Positions 28,097-37,145 of a stretch of 43,999 nucleotides of DNA are shown piece by piece. The position numbers and the translations under genes are program-made. The notes beneath the pieces were generated by a model that saw nothing but the letters and a program-made list of their open reading frames with translations, made no database searches and was not told the origin of the DNA. Where the stretch lies: sequence record SRR31156797_13762; one strand, 5' to 3'. Position 1 is the stretch's first letter. Every line of letters starts with the position of its first letter.

Positions 28097-29341
28097 ATGT
28101 CGATCATGGAACCCATCAAAATACTCGGACTTTCACCCGGCGCACTCGAAATTTCGAACGCTGCCAGAAAGACTCTAGCTACTGCCAATCTGGTCGTCGG
28201 CGGCAAGCGATTGATTGCAGCCTGTCAAGACGCAATATCACCCAAAAATTGTGCAACACTCCCTATCACAGGCCCTCTGCCGCCAATTATCGACACGATC
28301 CGCAAAGCAGCGAAAGTCGGTGACTCCGTAGTGGTACTCGCAGATGGGGACCCGCTCTTTTTCGGCATCGGCAAACGATTGGGTGAAGACCTTGGTCGAG
28401 AAAACATCGATGTTGAACCGAATATTTCCACAATGCAACTGGCTGCTGCTCGACTCAAATTGCCATGGCAGAAAATGGATTTTGTCTCCCTACATGGACG
28501 CGACGATTTTGCGCCACTCTATGCCGCGCTGGTCAGAGCCGATCTCATCGCAGTTTTTACCGACAAGGAAAACACTCCCGCAGAAATCGCACGAGCTTTA
28601 CTCGAACGCGGTGCCGACTGCTTTGCCATGACTGTCCTTGAAGATCTCGGCTCACCAGAGGAACAAATTCGTCCTCTGGCTCTCCCCGACACATGGGGGA
28701 TGGAATTTTCAGACCTCAATCTGGTCATATTGGAACGTTTGTATCCACCGGAAATCGAATTGACACTTGGTATCCCTGATCACTTCTATCTGCATCAGAA
28801 AAACCTGATCACCAAATTACCTGTACGGGCCACTGGCCTTGCCCATCTTAATGTCGAACCGGACTCCACGGTCTGGGACCTCGGCGCAGGTTGTGGTTCA
28901 GTTTCCATCGAAGCATCTCATTTAGCCCGACGTGGTCGTGTCTTTGCCGTAGAGAGACACAAGACCCGTGCGGCCATGATTCGTGAGAACATCCGGCGCA
29001 CCGGCGCATGGCTGGTCGACACGGTGCTTGGTGCAATGCCTGACTCACTTGAAGGGCTGCCTGAACCGGACCGCATTTTCATCGGCGGAGGGCTGGGTGG
29101 TGAATCGAATCAAAAAACGTCCCTGCTCGCCGTTGCCTGTGATCGACTCAAGCCAAGGGGACGCATGGTCGTCCACTGCATCCTGCTTGATTCCCTGCAT
29201 GAGGCCAAAGACCATTTCCAGAAACTCGGCTGGCATTTCGGCGTGACCCAGCTTCAGGCCTCGGCCACTGATTCTCTAGCCGGAGACCTTCGCTTCAAGG
29301 CACAAAATCCTGTTTTCGTTTTATGGGCTGAAAAACCTTAG
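28097..29341 (+). CDS. cbiET: Bifunctional precorrin-6Y C5,15-methyltransferase (decarboxylating), CbiE-CbiT/CobL
   Basis: VVGGKRL, LADGDPLFFGIG, VSLHGR, LITKLPVR, WDLGAGCGSVSIE, PDRIFIGGG. Start at 28097 or 28106. Confidence 0.93.
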   Translation: MSIMEPIKILGLSPGALEISNAARKTLATANLVVGGKRLIAACQDAISPKNCATLPITGPLPPIIDTIRKAAKVGDSVVVLADGDPLFFGIGKRLGEDLGRENIDVEPNISTMQLAAARLKLPWQKMDFVSLHGRDDFAPLYAALVRADLIAVFTDKENTPAEIARALLERGADCFAMTVLEDLGSPEEQIRPLALPDTWGMEFSDLNLVILERLYPPEIELTLGIPDHFYLHQKNLITKLPVRATGLAHLNVEPDSTVWDLGAGCGSVSIEASHLARRGRVFAVERHKTRAAMIRENIRRTGAWLVDTVLGAMPDSLEGLPEPDRIFIGGGLGGESNQKTSLLAVACDRLKPRGRMVVHCILLDSLHEAKDHFQKLGWHFGVTQLQASATDSLAGDLRFKAQNPVFVLWAEKP

Positions 29342-29389
29342 ACACTGCTAAAAGTATTATTATTGGCAGCCCACACACCATAGAGTACC

Positions 29390-30673
29390 ATGAAGCACAT
29401 GCCTGCCGATAGAAACCACCACCCCCTTCGAGCCTTGCGCGCATGGGCTCTTTACGACTGGGCCAACTCGGGATTCGCCGCATTGGTGCAAACCTTTGTG
29501 TTCGCGGCGTATTTCACCAAAGCCGTCGCAGAAAACGAAACTCTGGGCACAGCTCAATGGGGCAACATGATGGGTATGGCAGGACTGATCATCGGCATTG
29601 GCGGGCCGATACTCGGCGCCGTGGCTGACCGTTCCGGCAGGCGTAAACCATGGCTCGGCCTATTTACCGGTGTTTGTATCACGGCCACATTTCTGCTCTG
29701 GTTCGTCCAGCCGAATGCTTCATACGTCTGGCTTGGCCTCCTTCTGGCCGGAATCGGCACCATTGGTAGCGAATACGCTATGGTTTTCTACAACGCCATG
29801 CTCCCGGATCTGGCAGAACCCAAAGTCATCGGCCGCTGGTCCGGCTGGGGATGGGGGCTGGGATACGCAGGAGGTCTGATCCTGCTCATCATCGCACTCT
29901 ATGGATTCGTACAGCCACCGGGCTGGTTCGGCGTACCCCGTGAAGGAGCCATGCACATCCGGGCAGTCATGCCGCTGACAGCACTTTGGTATTTGATATT
30001 CTGCCTACCGCTCTTTCTCTATTCCCCAGACACGCCATCCACAGACGTCCCGCTCAAACGGGCGATAACAGAAGCGGTTTCCCAATTACGCGACTCCATC
30101 AAACATGTCCGCGACTACCGAGGCATCGCCATCTTCCTGCTGGCCCGCATGTTCTATAATGACGGTCTGACTACCATGTTCGCCTTTGGCGGTATCTATG
30201 CGGCGGCGACATTCGGCATGTCCGCGTCCGAAGTCATTCTCTTTGGCATTGGACTCAACGTGACCGCAGGCGTAGGGGCAGCGTCTTTCGCATGGCTTGA
30301 TGACTGGCTCGGACCACGCAAGACGATTCTTTTCTCCCTGATCGGACTGGTAATTCCGGGGGCTGCCATCCTGTTCGTCACAGACAAAACCCTGTTCTGG
30401 ATTTTCGGGCTGGCCATTGGTATATTCGTGGGACCAGTGCAGGCATCAAGCCGGTCTTATCTGGCCCACGCGGCTCCCGCCAAACTGCGCACCGAGATGT
30501 TCGGCCTGCTCGCACTCTCCGGCAAACTGACATCATTCATCGGGCCGTTTCTGGTAGGCTGGCTGACCCTCGCCTCCGGGAATCAACGGGTGGGTATGGG
30601 GGCTGTCATCGGACTGTTTGTCCTTGGCCTGATCGGCATGCTGTTTGTGCCTCCCGTGAAAAACACAAAATGA
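29390..30673 (+). CDS. MFS transporter, UMF1/Atg22-like family
   Basis: WALYDWANS, FYNAMLP, SGWGWGLGYAGG, FYNDGL, QASSRS; about 12 TM segments. Confidence 0.9.
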   Translation: MKHMPADRNHHPLRALRAWALYDWANSGFAALVQTFVFAAYFTKAVAENETLGTAQWGNMMGMAGLIIGIGGPILGAVADRSGRRKPWLGLFTGVCITATFLLWFVQPNASYVWLGLLLAGIGTIGSEYAMVFYNAMLPDLAEPKVIGRWSGWGWGLGYAGGLILLIIALYGFVQPPGWFGVPREGAMHIRAVMPLTALWYLIFCLPLFLYSPDTPSTDVPLKRAITEAVSQLRDSIKHVRDYRGIAIFLLARMFYNDGLTTMFAFGGIYAAATFGMSASEVILFGIGLNVTAGVGAASFAWLDDWLGPRKTILFSLIGLVIPGAAILFVTDKTLFWIFGLAIGIFVGPVQASSRSYLAHAAPAKLRTEMFGLLALSGKLTSFIGPFLVGWLTLASGNQRVGMGAVIGLFVLGLIGMLFVPPVKNTK

Positions 30674-30683
30674 GGGGAATGCC

Positions 30684-31241
30684 ATGTCCAACTTTCGTTT
30701 TGAACTGACAGAAGAAGAAAAAAGATATCTCAAGGAACTTGTTGTTCAGTCCATCTCTTCCGGCCTCAACCCAAATGGAGAAACCGACGGTCCGGCAGAA
30801 CCGCCAACCGACACCCTCAAAGAGCAACTGGGAGCCTTTGTCACGCTCAAGCTTGGTGGTCAGCTACGCGGATGCATCGGCAATGTTCAAGGCAGCGGGG
30901 AACTGTATCGCACCGTCTGGAGCATGGCCCATAGCGCGGCCTTTGAAGACCCTCGATTTCCACCAGTAACCGACCATGATTTTGAAGCGCTCGATTATGA
31001 AATATCCATCCTGAGCCCCGTCGAGATTTGTCCGAACCCTGAATTGGTGGAAATTGGTCGACATGGACTGATCATGTCCAACGGAAGGCGATCCGGGTTG
31101 CTTTTACCTCAGGTTCCCGTGGAATGGGACTGGGATCGGGAAACATTCCTGTCTCAAACCTGTACCAAGGCTGGACTCCCTCAAAATTCATGGAAAGATG
31201 AAAATACTACAATTTTCTGGTTTGAAGCAGTCGTTTTCTAA
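30684..31241 (+). CDS. amrA: AMMECR1-domain protein (AmmeMemoRadiSam system protein A)
   Basis: GAFVTL...LRGCIG, SAAFEDPRF, EISILS, GRHGL, GLLLPQVP.E..W, KAGL. Confidence 0.92.
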   Translation: MSNFRFELTEEEKRYLKELVVQSISSGLNPNGETDGPAEPPTDTLKEQLGAFVTLKLGGQLRGCIGNVQGSGELYRTVWSMAHSAAFEDPRFPPVTDHDFEALDYEISILSPVEICPNPELVEIGRHGLIMSNGRRSGLLLPQVPVEWDWDRETFLSQTCTKAGLPQNSWKDENTTIFWFEAVVF

Positions 31242-31416
31242 ACAGGTTCAATCGATTCTTTCTTGATTGACATACCGAGTATTGTCCGCAAACGGGACTT
31301 TCTCCTATCGACATGTTAGAATCATATCGGATATATTTTTTTTATTGTGCGGAATATCCTATCCAAAGAACGGGATGTCCTCCTTTTTCCACTCCAAAAG
31401 CAGGTAAAATCGTATC

Positions 31417-32115
31417 ATGTCCAAAAAGATCATCACCCCAGAGAAAAGCACCCTTGCGCCAGCAGACGCCAAGGTCGTGGTTATTCCCGGTGTTAAGATG
31501 AGCATTTCTTTGGGCAAAGAAGTTGTGATTCGAATCCCTGGAACTGAGCAGTCATATCGCGGCAAGATTGTGGGCTTCGATCCTTACGAATATGTCATCG
31601 CCAACGTCCGCCTGCCCTCTCGCATACGCCAGGAACTCGCTCTCGGCGGTCAGATTGTGCTGAAATACATCCACAAAGGCACTGTCTACGGCTTCAAAAC
31701 GACAGTGCATAATGCCATCACTTCGCCAACGTCCCTCATCTTCTTCGACTACCCCAGCACCATTGAAAAGATTGAACTACGACGAAAAGAGCGCACAAAG
31801 TGCAGCATCGACGGGGCATTACATTCTTCAGACGGAGCGCATGATTGTCTGGTTGTCAACGTCAGTGAAACCGGATGCAAGATTTCAGCTCGGGCCGGGA
31901 GTCGTGATACGATATCCGCAACACAGGTGGACGACACCTTGTTCGTTGTCATGAATCTCGGGGCAGATGGAACGCTAAAATTGCCCATTGTCGTGCGAAA
32001 CATGAAACGGGAAAAGGGCATTCTTACTGTTGGAGCCATGTTCCTGGACATCACCAAAGAAGAAGAGCGACGCATAGTAAAATACTTAGCCAGAGTTCAA
32101 AGACACACTCGCTAA
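31417..32115 (+). CDS. Flagellar-brake-like PilZN-PilZ c-di-GMP effector
   Basis: RRKER (RxxxR) and NVSETG (D/NxSxxG) after a YcgR-like N-terminal barrel. Confidence 0.85.
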   Translation: MSKKIITPEKSTLAPADAKVVVIPGVKMSISLGKEVVIRIPGTEQSYRGKIVGFDPYEYVIANVRLPSRIRQELALGGQIVLKYIHKGTVYGFKTTVHNAITSPTSLIFFDYPSTIEKIELRRKERTKCSIDGALHSSDGAHDCLVVNVSETGCKISARAGSRDTISATQVDDTLFVVMNLGADGTLKLPIVVRNMKREKGILTVGAMFLDITKEEERRIVKYLARVQRHTR

Positions 32116-32129
32116 CCCCATAGAAGCTC

Positions 32130-33335
32130 ATGATAAAAAAAATTTCAATCGACGAACTAAAACAGGGAATGGAAGTTGTGGAACTTTCCTCGGAAATGTG
32201 GAAGCACCTGCCCTATCTGTATGCTGACCCGGGAATCATTTCATCCGTGGAAGAAATCGCTCGAATCAAGGCTGATGGGTATCAACAGGTTTTCGTCAAA
32301 ACCGAGAACACCGACGGTCAGTCTGACGAGGAACGACTCGACCTTCTTATCCGCCAGCGCGAAGAAACACCGCTGAACACACCACGCACACCCTTCTCAG
32401 AGGCCATCAAAGCTGCCAGCGTCACCTATGAGAGTGCCATGACCTATGCCATGCAAATCGTCAACGACGCCAAGTTAGGCCGAAAAATCGACTATGATAC
32501 AGCCGTGGAAACGGCCAGTACCATTGTGGACTCAGCCGTCAGCAACCCGGACACATTGGTCTGTCTGTCAAAACTGTCTTCCTTTGACAATTACACATAC
32601 ACCCACTGCATAAACGTAGCCGCCATCGCCGTGGTCTTCGGAGAATTCATCGGTATGTCCCACGACGACCTCATCCTCCTCGGCACTGCGGGCATGATGC
32701 ATGATTTAGGCAAGACAACTGTTCCGAGCCGAATCGTCAACAAGCCCGGTAGACTCACCAAATTCGAATTTGAAGAAATGAAACGGCACCCTGTATACGG
32801 ACGTACCATTCTCAGCAAAAACAGGACAATTCCACCCAAGGTCCTCGCTGCGGTTCGAGCCCATCATGAAAAATACAATGGCACAGGATACCCAGACGGA
32901 CTAACACGCAAAGACATTCCGGCTTTTGCCCGCATTCTGTGTCTGGCCGACATATACGATGCTTTGACCAGCGACCGATGTTATAAAGACGCCATCCTGC
33001 CCAACAAGGCCTTGGGAATCATGTATGGGATGCGAGATCAGGATTTCGACCCCACGGAAATACAATTGTTCATCAAATGTTTGGGAATATTCCCTTCTGG
33101 AAGCTTCGTTCGCCTGAATACCGGTAACTATGCGCTGGTTTTCGAATCCAATGCACAACAACCGCTATATCCCAAAATCAAGGTCGTCATGGACAAACAG
33201 ATGCGCCCCATAAAAACCCAAGATATTGATCTCTCGACCCAAAATCCTACAGCCCCTGATTCCGTGGAAATCATGGAATGCGCCGACCCCTCGGATTATC
33301 GTCAAAATCTCATGGAATTCATGTTGCCTCAATGA
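32130..33335 (+). CDS. HD-GYP c-di-GMP phosphodiesterase with DUF3391-like N-terminus
   Basis: YTYTHCINVA, HDLGK, HHEKYNGTGYP, ADIYDALTSDRCYK. Confidence 0.93.
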   Translation: MIKKISIDELKQGMEVVELSSEMWKHLPYLYADPGIISSVEEIARIKADGYQQVFVKTENTDGQSDEERLDLLIRQREETPLNTPRTPFSEAIKAASVTYESAMTYAMQIVNDAKLGRKIDYDTAVETASTIVDSAVSNPDTLVCLSKLSSFDNYTYTHCINVAAIAVVFGEFIGMSHDDLILLGTAGMMHDLGKTTVPSRIVNKPGRLTKFEFEEMKRHPVYGRTILSKNRTIPPKVLAAVRAHHEKYNGTGYPDGLTRKDIPAFARILCLADIYDALTSDRCYKDAILPNKALGIMYGMRDQDFDPTEIQLFIKCLGIFPSGSFVRLNTGNYALVFESNAQQPLYPKIKVVMDKQMRPIKTQDIDLSTQNPTAPDSVEIMECADPSDYRQNLMEFMLPQ

Positions 33336-33391
33336 TACTGATAAGACGATATGTACGCACAGACTGACATCTACTTCTTCCGGGAAATATC

Positions 33392-33844
33392 ATGATAGAT
33401 ACTCAAGTATGGGTCATCATACTTAGCCTGACCTTTCTGCTCTATGCCCTCAAATGGTTCATCAATCGCAAACGGAGCGTCAAGGTTTACCGCATTAGCC
33501 CTCAGTCGCTCCAACGGTCCAAGGAAGTGCTGATGGCCGTCCTTCCTCTGATTGAGGATGAGAATGATTTCCCACTTGATCGATCAAAAATCCCCTATTC
33601 CAAGGAAGACATAAAAAGTGCGGCCAAAATTTTGGCCTATTATTTCTGGAGAAAGAAGCGCCACGACGAATTGCAACGCATCAAGAACTGCTTTGTCTCA
33701 ATTTCCCGATTTCAGGATTCCAATCAAGACCTTGAAACCCAGGAACGAACAGCTGCCAGAGAAAGAAAACAACTGAAGCGTGAGTTGGACTTTTACATGA
33801 CCCACTCTCCCTTCAACGCTACTAAAACTCGAAAACAGCCCTGA
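33392..33844 (+). CDS. Hypothetical protein with N-terminal TM helix
   Basis: 150-aa ORF filling the gap, hydrophobic N-terminus followed by a basic region. Confidence 0.7.
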   Translation: MIDTQVWVIILSLTFLLYALKWFINRKRSVKVYRISPQSLQRSKEVLMAVLPLIEDENDFPLDRSKIPYSKEDIKSAAKILAYYFWRKKRHDELQRIKNCFVSISRFQDSNQDLETQERTAARERKQLKRELDFYMTHSPFNATKTRKQP

Positions 33845-34117
33845 TCATTCTTCTGTAGAACATTCGCCCCGAATCTCAACAAATCGCTCTTTCAACTTAC
33901 CCACGATATAGTCGTAGCCTTCATACGTGTGCGGAATCAGACAGGTCGTGCAATCCTTTACGCCGGTTTCAGTCCGCCGATAATTACCACCACATTCCTC
34001 AAAAAAATACAGAGGGCAATAGCAGAAAAGGCAATTGAATTTCTCCGGGTTGGTCGTCTTGTGACACGGGAAATATTTACATTCCGTGTTGTTGAAGAAT
34101 CTATAGCTGTTTTTCAT
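33845..34117 (-). CDS. Cysteine-rich small-domain protein (zf-like)
   Basis: CKYFPCH, FNCLFCYCPLY, CGG, KDCTTCLIPH. Confidence 0.88.
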   Translation of the reverse strand: MKNSYRFFNNTECKYFPCHKTTNPEKFNCLFCYCPLYFFEECGGNYRRTETGVKDCTTCLIPHTYEGYDYIVGKLKERFVEIRGECSTEE

Positions 34118-34232
34118 GACATTACATCCGATAAAGTTTTGCATCCATAAGGGGAGACAAACAATATATGCTCAGGGAGGGTTCACCGCAAGCGCCTCTG
34201 AATCTCAAATTCTATACAAACACGTAATCAGC

Positions 34233-34273
34233 GACTGAAAACATCAGTCTTCCTCTACAACCACCATTATAAT
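34233..34273 (+). promoter_or_regulatory. Putative activator-dependent promoter of the cytochrome operon
   Basis: TATAAT at 34268-34273, no recognisable -35, and the palindrome GACTGA-N5-TCAGTC at 34233-34249. Confidence 0.35.
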
Positions 34274-34348
34274 CCTCATCCTTTCACATTTCCGTTAAAT
34301 AACGAGAATGGAGATAATTCCTATTAAATATCAGCCGAGGAGAGGACG

Positions 34349-35638
34349 ATGCGGAAAGCAAATGTTTTATTTATCAGTATGACATTCTTTGCCATGCTAT
34401 TAATCGGCTGCACTGGCGGAGAACCGGTCTTCGATGTAAAAAAAATTACGTCACAGCCCAAGAATTTCGTTGGTTCGGAAACCTGCAAAACATGCCACCT
34501 TGAACACTACGATTCATGGAAGGTTACCAATCACAGTCGAATGGCTCAGGACGTCACAGTCAACGCCGACGCCTTTATCGTGGATATCAATCTGGATAAT
34601 ATCAAAGCAGACTTCAAGTTGCTCGAAGACAAGGGCAAACTCAAACTGCCTCTGAATGACATCTACTTCCCGAAAAAAGAAGACATCAAATACACTATCG
34701 GCAACGAATGGAAGCAACGCTATATTATCGAAGAAAATGGCATTCTCTATATTTCACCCATCCAGTTCAACACTGAAACTGGACGCTGGGTCAATTACCA
34801 TGAAAATGACTGGAAAAAACGCCCTTGGCTGCTTAAATGTGGTGGCTGCCATACCACCGGCACCAAACTCGATCTTGAAAACCCGGCCAACAGCACTTTC
34901 ACCGAACCGGGTGTTGGCTGTGAAGCCTGCCACGGGGCCGGCTCCTGGCATGTGGCACTACCAAAGACCGCCCTCTTCGAAAAACGCGAGACCATTCTCA
35001 ATCCGGCCAAGATGCCTCGCGGAACTTCGGTACAAGTCTGTGGAAGCTGTCACAACCGAGGAAAATCCACCATGGCCAAAGGCTCAAGCTGGCCCGTTGG
35101 TTACACTCCCGGAAAAGCTCTGGAGCCATATTACACATCCACATCATACGCTGCGGGCGACAAGAAACACATGTACCCCAACGAATTTTCCAAAGGCCAT
35201 CACCAGCAATACATCGATTGGCTCAAGTCGGAACACCGGCGTGAAGGTGTGACCTGCACATCCTGCCACTCCGTACACCAACTCGGAATGCCCACAACCC
35301 GCTTCCAGACCAAAGCCGCAGGATCGGCTTCCTGTCTGGGCTGTCATAAACAACAAAACAGTAACATGGCACACGCCATCCACTCATTCGCCAACTGTGT
35401 GGGATGTCATATGCCTCGTATCGCCAAAAGTGCAGAATCCAGCGATATTCACAGCCACGTCTTCAAGACGTTGCTCCCGTCAGGAACTCTGGAAAATCCA
35501 GAAATCCCTAACTCCTGTCAGAATTGTCACCGCCACAAGGATGCCAATCTGGCCGAACTGCAAAAACAATTTGAGTTGCTGGCTTCAATGCCCAAACCCG
35601 AGGGCAAGGTTGTGGAGTCTGTGAACGCCTACAAGTAG
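34349..35638 (+). CDS. Octaheme c-type cytochrome, lipoprotein
   Basis: Lipobox LIGC; eight CxxCH motifs (CKTCH, CGGCH, CEACH, CGSCH, CTSCH, CLGCH, CVGCH, CQNCH); GAGGAG RBS. Confidence 0.93.
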   Translation: MRKANVLFISMTFFAMLLIGCTGGEPVFDVKKITSQPKNFVGSETCKTCHLEHYDSWKVTNHSRMAQDVTVNADAFIVDINLDNIKADFKLLEDKGKLKLPLNDIYFPKKEDIKYTIGNEWKQRYIIEENGILYISPIQFNTETGRWVNYHENDWKKRPWLLKCGGCHTTGTKLDLENPANSTFTEPGVGCEACHGAGSWHVALPKTALFEKRETILNPAKMPRGTSVQVCGSCHNRGKSTMAKGSSWPVGYTPGKALEPYYTSTSYAAGDKKHMYPNEFSKGHHQQYIDWLKSEHRREGVTCTSCHSVHQLGMPTTRFQTKAAGSASCLGCHKQQNSNMAHAIHSFANCVGCHMPRIAKSAESSDIHSHVFKTLLPSGTLENPEIPNSCQNCHRHKDANLAELQKQFELLASMPKPEGKVVESVNAYK

Positions 35639-35647
35639 GAGGCGATC

Positions 35648-36295
35648 ATGCAACGGATAATCATAATCATAGCCCTGCTCCTTGTGGGAGGCGTTATGGC
35701 TTCACCCTGTATGGCTCAGGAGGAAGTCGCCGGTTCCAACCGGTATCTACTCAACGAGATGAGCACGGGATATTACGAAGAATATGAAGTCATACCGGGA
35801 CGAGACAGCCCATTCCTGCAATGGGATGAGCCACGGGACACCATCCGAACCGGCGGCAGGGGACGCTCTGCCACATATCAGTCAGATTCCCACGCAGGTG
35901 TGCCTAATTATTGGCGCCACAGGTGCAGCTCATGCCACAAAAAAGAAGCGCACAACAACCGGCATGTGACCAGAAACAACATCGCCTGCCGCCATTGTCA
36001 TGGAGTTGAGCCCATAGCAGGTATCAACCACTACAACTCGCCTATGAATCCCATTCGCAGGCATGCCTATGTCTGCGCGAAGTGCCATCAGGGCGCAAGC
36101 GGTTCCTTTGCCATGTATCTTGTTCATGAACCAGCCCCTCTGCTCGCAGGTACTGCGGAGAGTTTCCCTGTTCTGTACTGGATTACATGGATAATGGTAG
36201 CGATCGCTTTCTTCTCGTTTGCACTTTTCCTGCCGCATACAGGCCTATGGATGCTCCGAGAACTGTTCACCAGAAAAAAAGGGGGTGACGAATGA
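35648..36295 (+). CDS. Triheme c-type cytochrome with signal peptide and C-terminal membrane anchor
   Basis: CSSCH, CRHCH, CAKCH; C-terminal TM ending FLPHTGLWMLR; GGAGG RBS. Confidence 0.9.
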   Translation: MQRIIIIIALLLVGGVMASPCMAQEEVAGSNRYLLNEMSTGYYEEYEVIPGRDSPFLQWDEPRDTIRTGGRGRSATYQSDSHAGVPNYWRHRCSSCHKKEAHNNRHVTRNNIACRHCHGVEPIAGINHYNSPMNPIRRHAYVCAKCHQGASGSFAMYLVHEPAPLLAGTAESFPVLYWITWIMVAIAFFSFALFLPHTGLWMLRELFTRKKGGDE

Positions 36296-37092
36296 GACTA
36301 AAACGATTCACCCCTGTCCAAAAGGCGTTTCACGCCATGTTGATGCTGTCATTTCTGGTGCAAGCCGTTAGCGGCACTGCCAGAATGTATATTGAAACCA
36401 ACTGGGGCATGACTTTGGCACACCCCTTTGGCGGCTATGAACGATGCTTGATCGTCCACAAATACGTCGGCCTGTTCATGCTCTTCCTCTTCATATGCCA
36501 TTTGGCGTATGTGTTGTTCATCGTCATGTCTAAAAAAGTCCACAGTGACGACAGCTTGTGGTTGCAAAAAAAAGACGTACGAGAATTCTTCACCCACCTG
36601 CGTTGGATGTTCGGCGGCGAGGCACCTCGTTTCGAACGTTGGGGATATTGGGAGAAGTTCGACTACTGGGCCGTCTTCTGGGGTATGATAATCCTCGGCG
36701 TCACTGGCCTCATGCTCTACTCCCCCCTTGAGACCTCTCGCTACTTCAAGGGCTGGTCTCTCAATGTGGCCTTATGGGTACACCGCATCGAAGCCTGTCT
36801 AGCCATGTTGCATGTCTTCATCATCCACTTTGCCATCGCACATTTGCGGCGGCACAACTTCCCCATGGACCGAGCCATGTTCTGCGGAGACACAGACCTT
36901 GAATCTTCAAGCGAAGAACGCCCGGCATGGCTAGCACGTCTCAGGACAAACAATGAGTTGGAAGAAAAAACCATCGACGACGACGCCTCCATCCGAGTGG
37001 TCGTTACATATGCGGTAGGCCTTGGCGCAGTTGCCCTCGGCCTCTCCCTCGTCATAGGAGGGCTTATGAATGCCGGACTTGTCAATTGGTAG
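36292..37092 (+). CDS. Membrane cytochrome b subunit (FdnI/HyaC/PhsC-like)
   Basis: RFTPVQKAFH, VHKYVG, RWGYWEKFDYWAVFWG, WVHRIEACLA, FIIHF; ATGA overlap with the triheme gene. Confidence 0.9.
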   Translation: MRLKRFTPVQKAFHAMLMLSFLVQAVSGTARMYIETNWGMTLAHPFGGYERCLIVHKYVGLFMLFLFICHLAYVLFIVMSKKVHSDDSLWLQKKDVREFFTHLRWMFGGEAPRFERWGYWEKFDYWAVFWGMIILGVTGLMLYSPLETSRYFKGWSLNVALWVHRIEACLAMLHVFIIHFAIAHLRRHNFPMDRAMFCGDTDLESSSEERPAWLARLRTNNELEEKTIDDDASIRVVVTYAVGLGAVALGLSLVIGGLMNAGLVNW

Positions 37093-37100
37093 ACATTAAC

Positions 37101-37134
37101 AAGAAGGCCCGAAGCAAATGCTTCGGGCCTTCTT
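37101..37134. terminator. Terminator hairpin between convergent genes
   Basis: Perfect 16-bp inverted repeat AAGAAGGCCCGAAGCA/TGCTTCGGGCCTTCTT. Confidence 0.85.
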
Positions 37135-37145
37135 CGACGTTACTC

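Noticed and set aside
34349-35638. Calling the octaheme NrfA, ONR, MccA or the Ohc complex
   Set aside because: No CxxCK or CX15CH motif, no NrfH partner and no Fe-S subunit.
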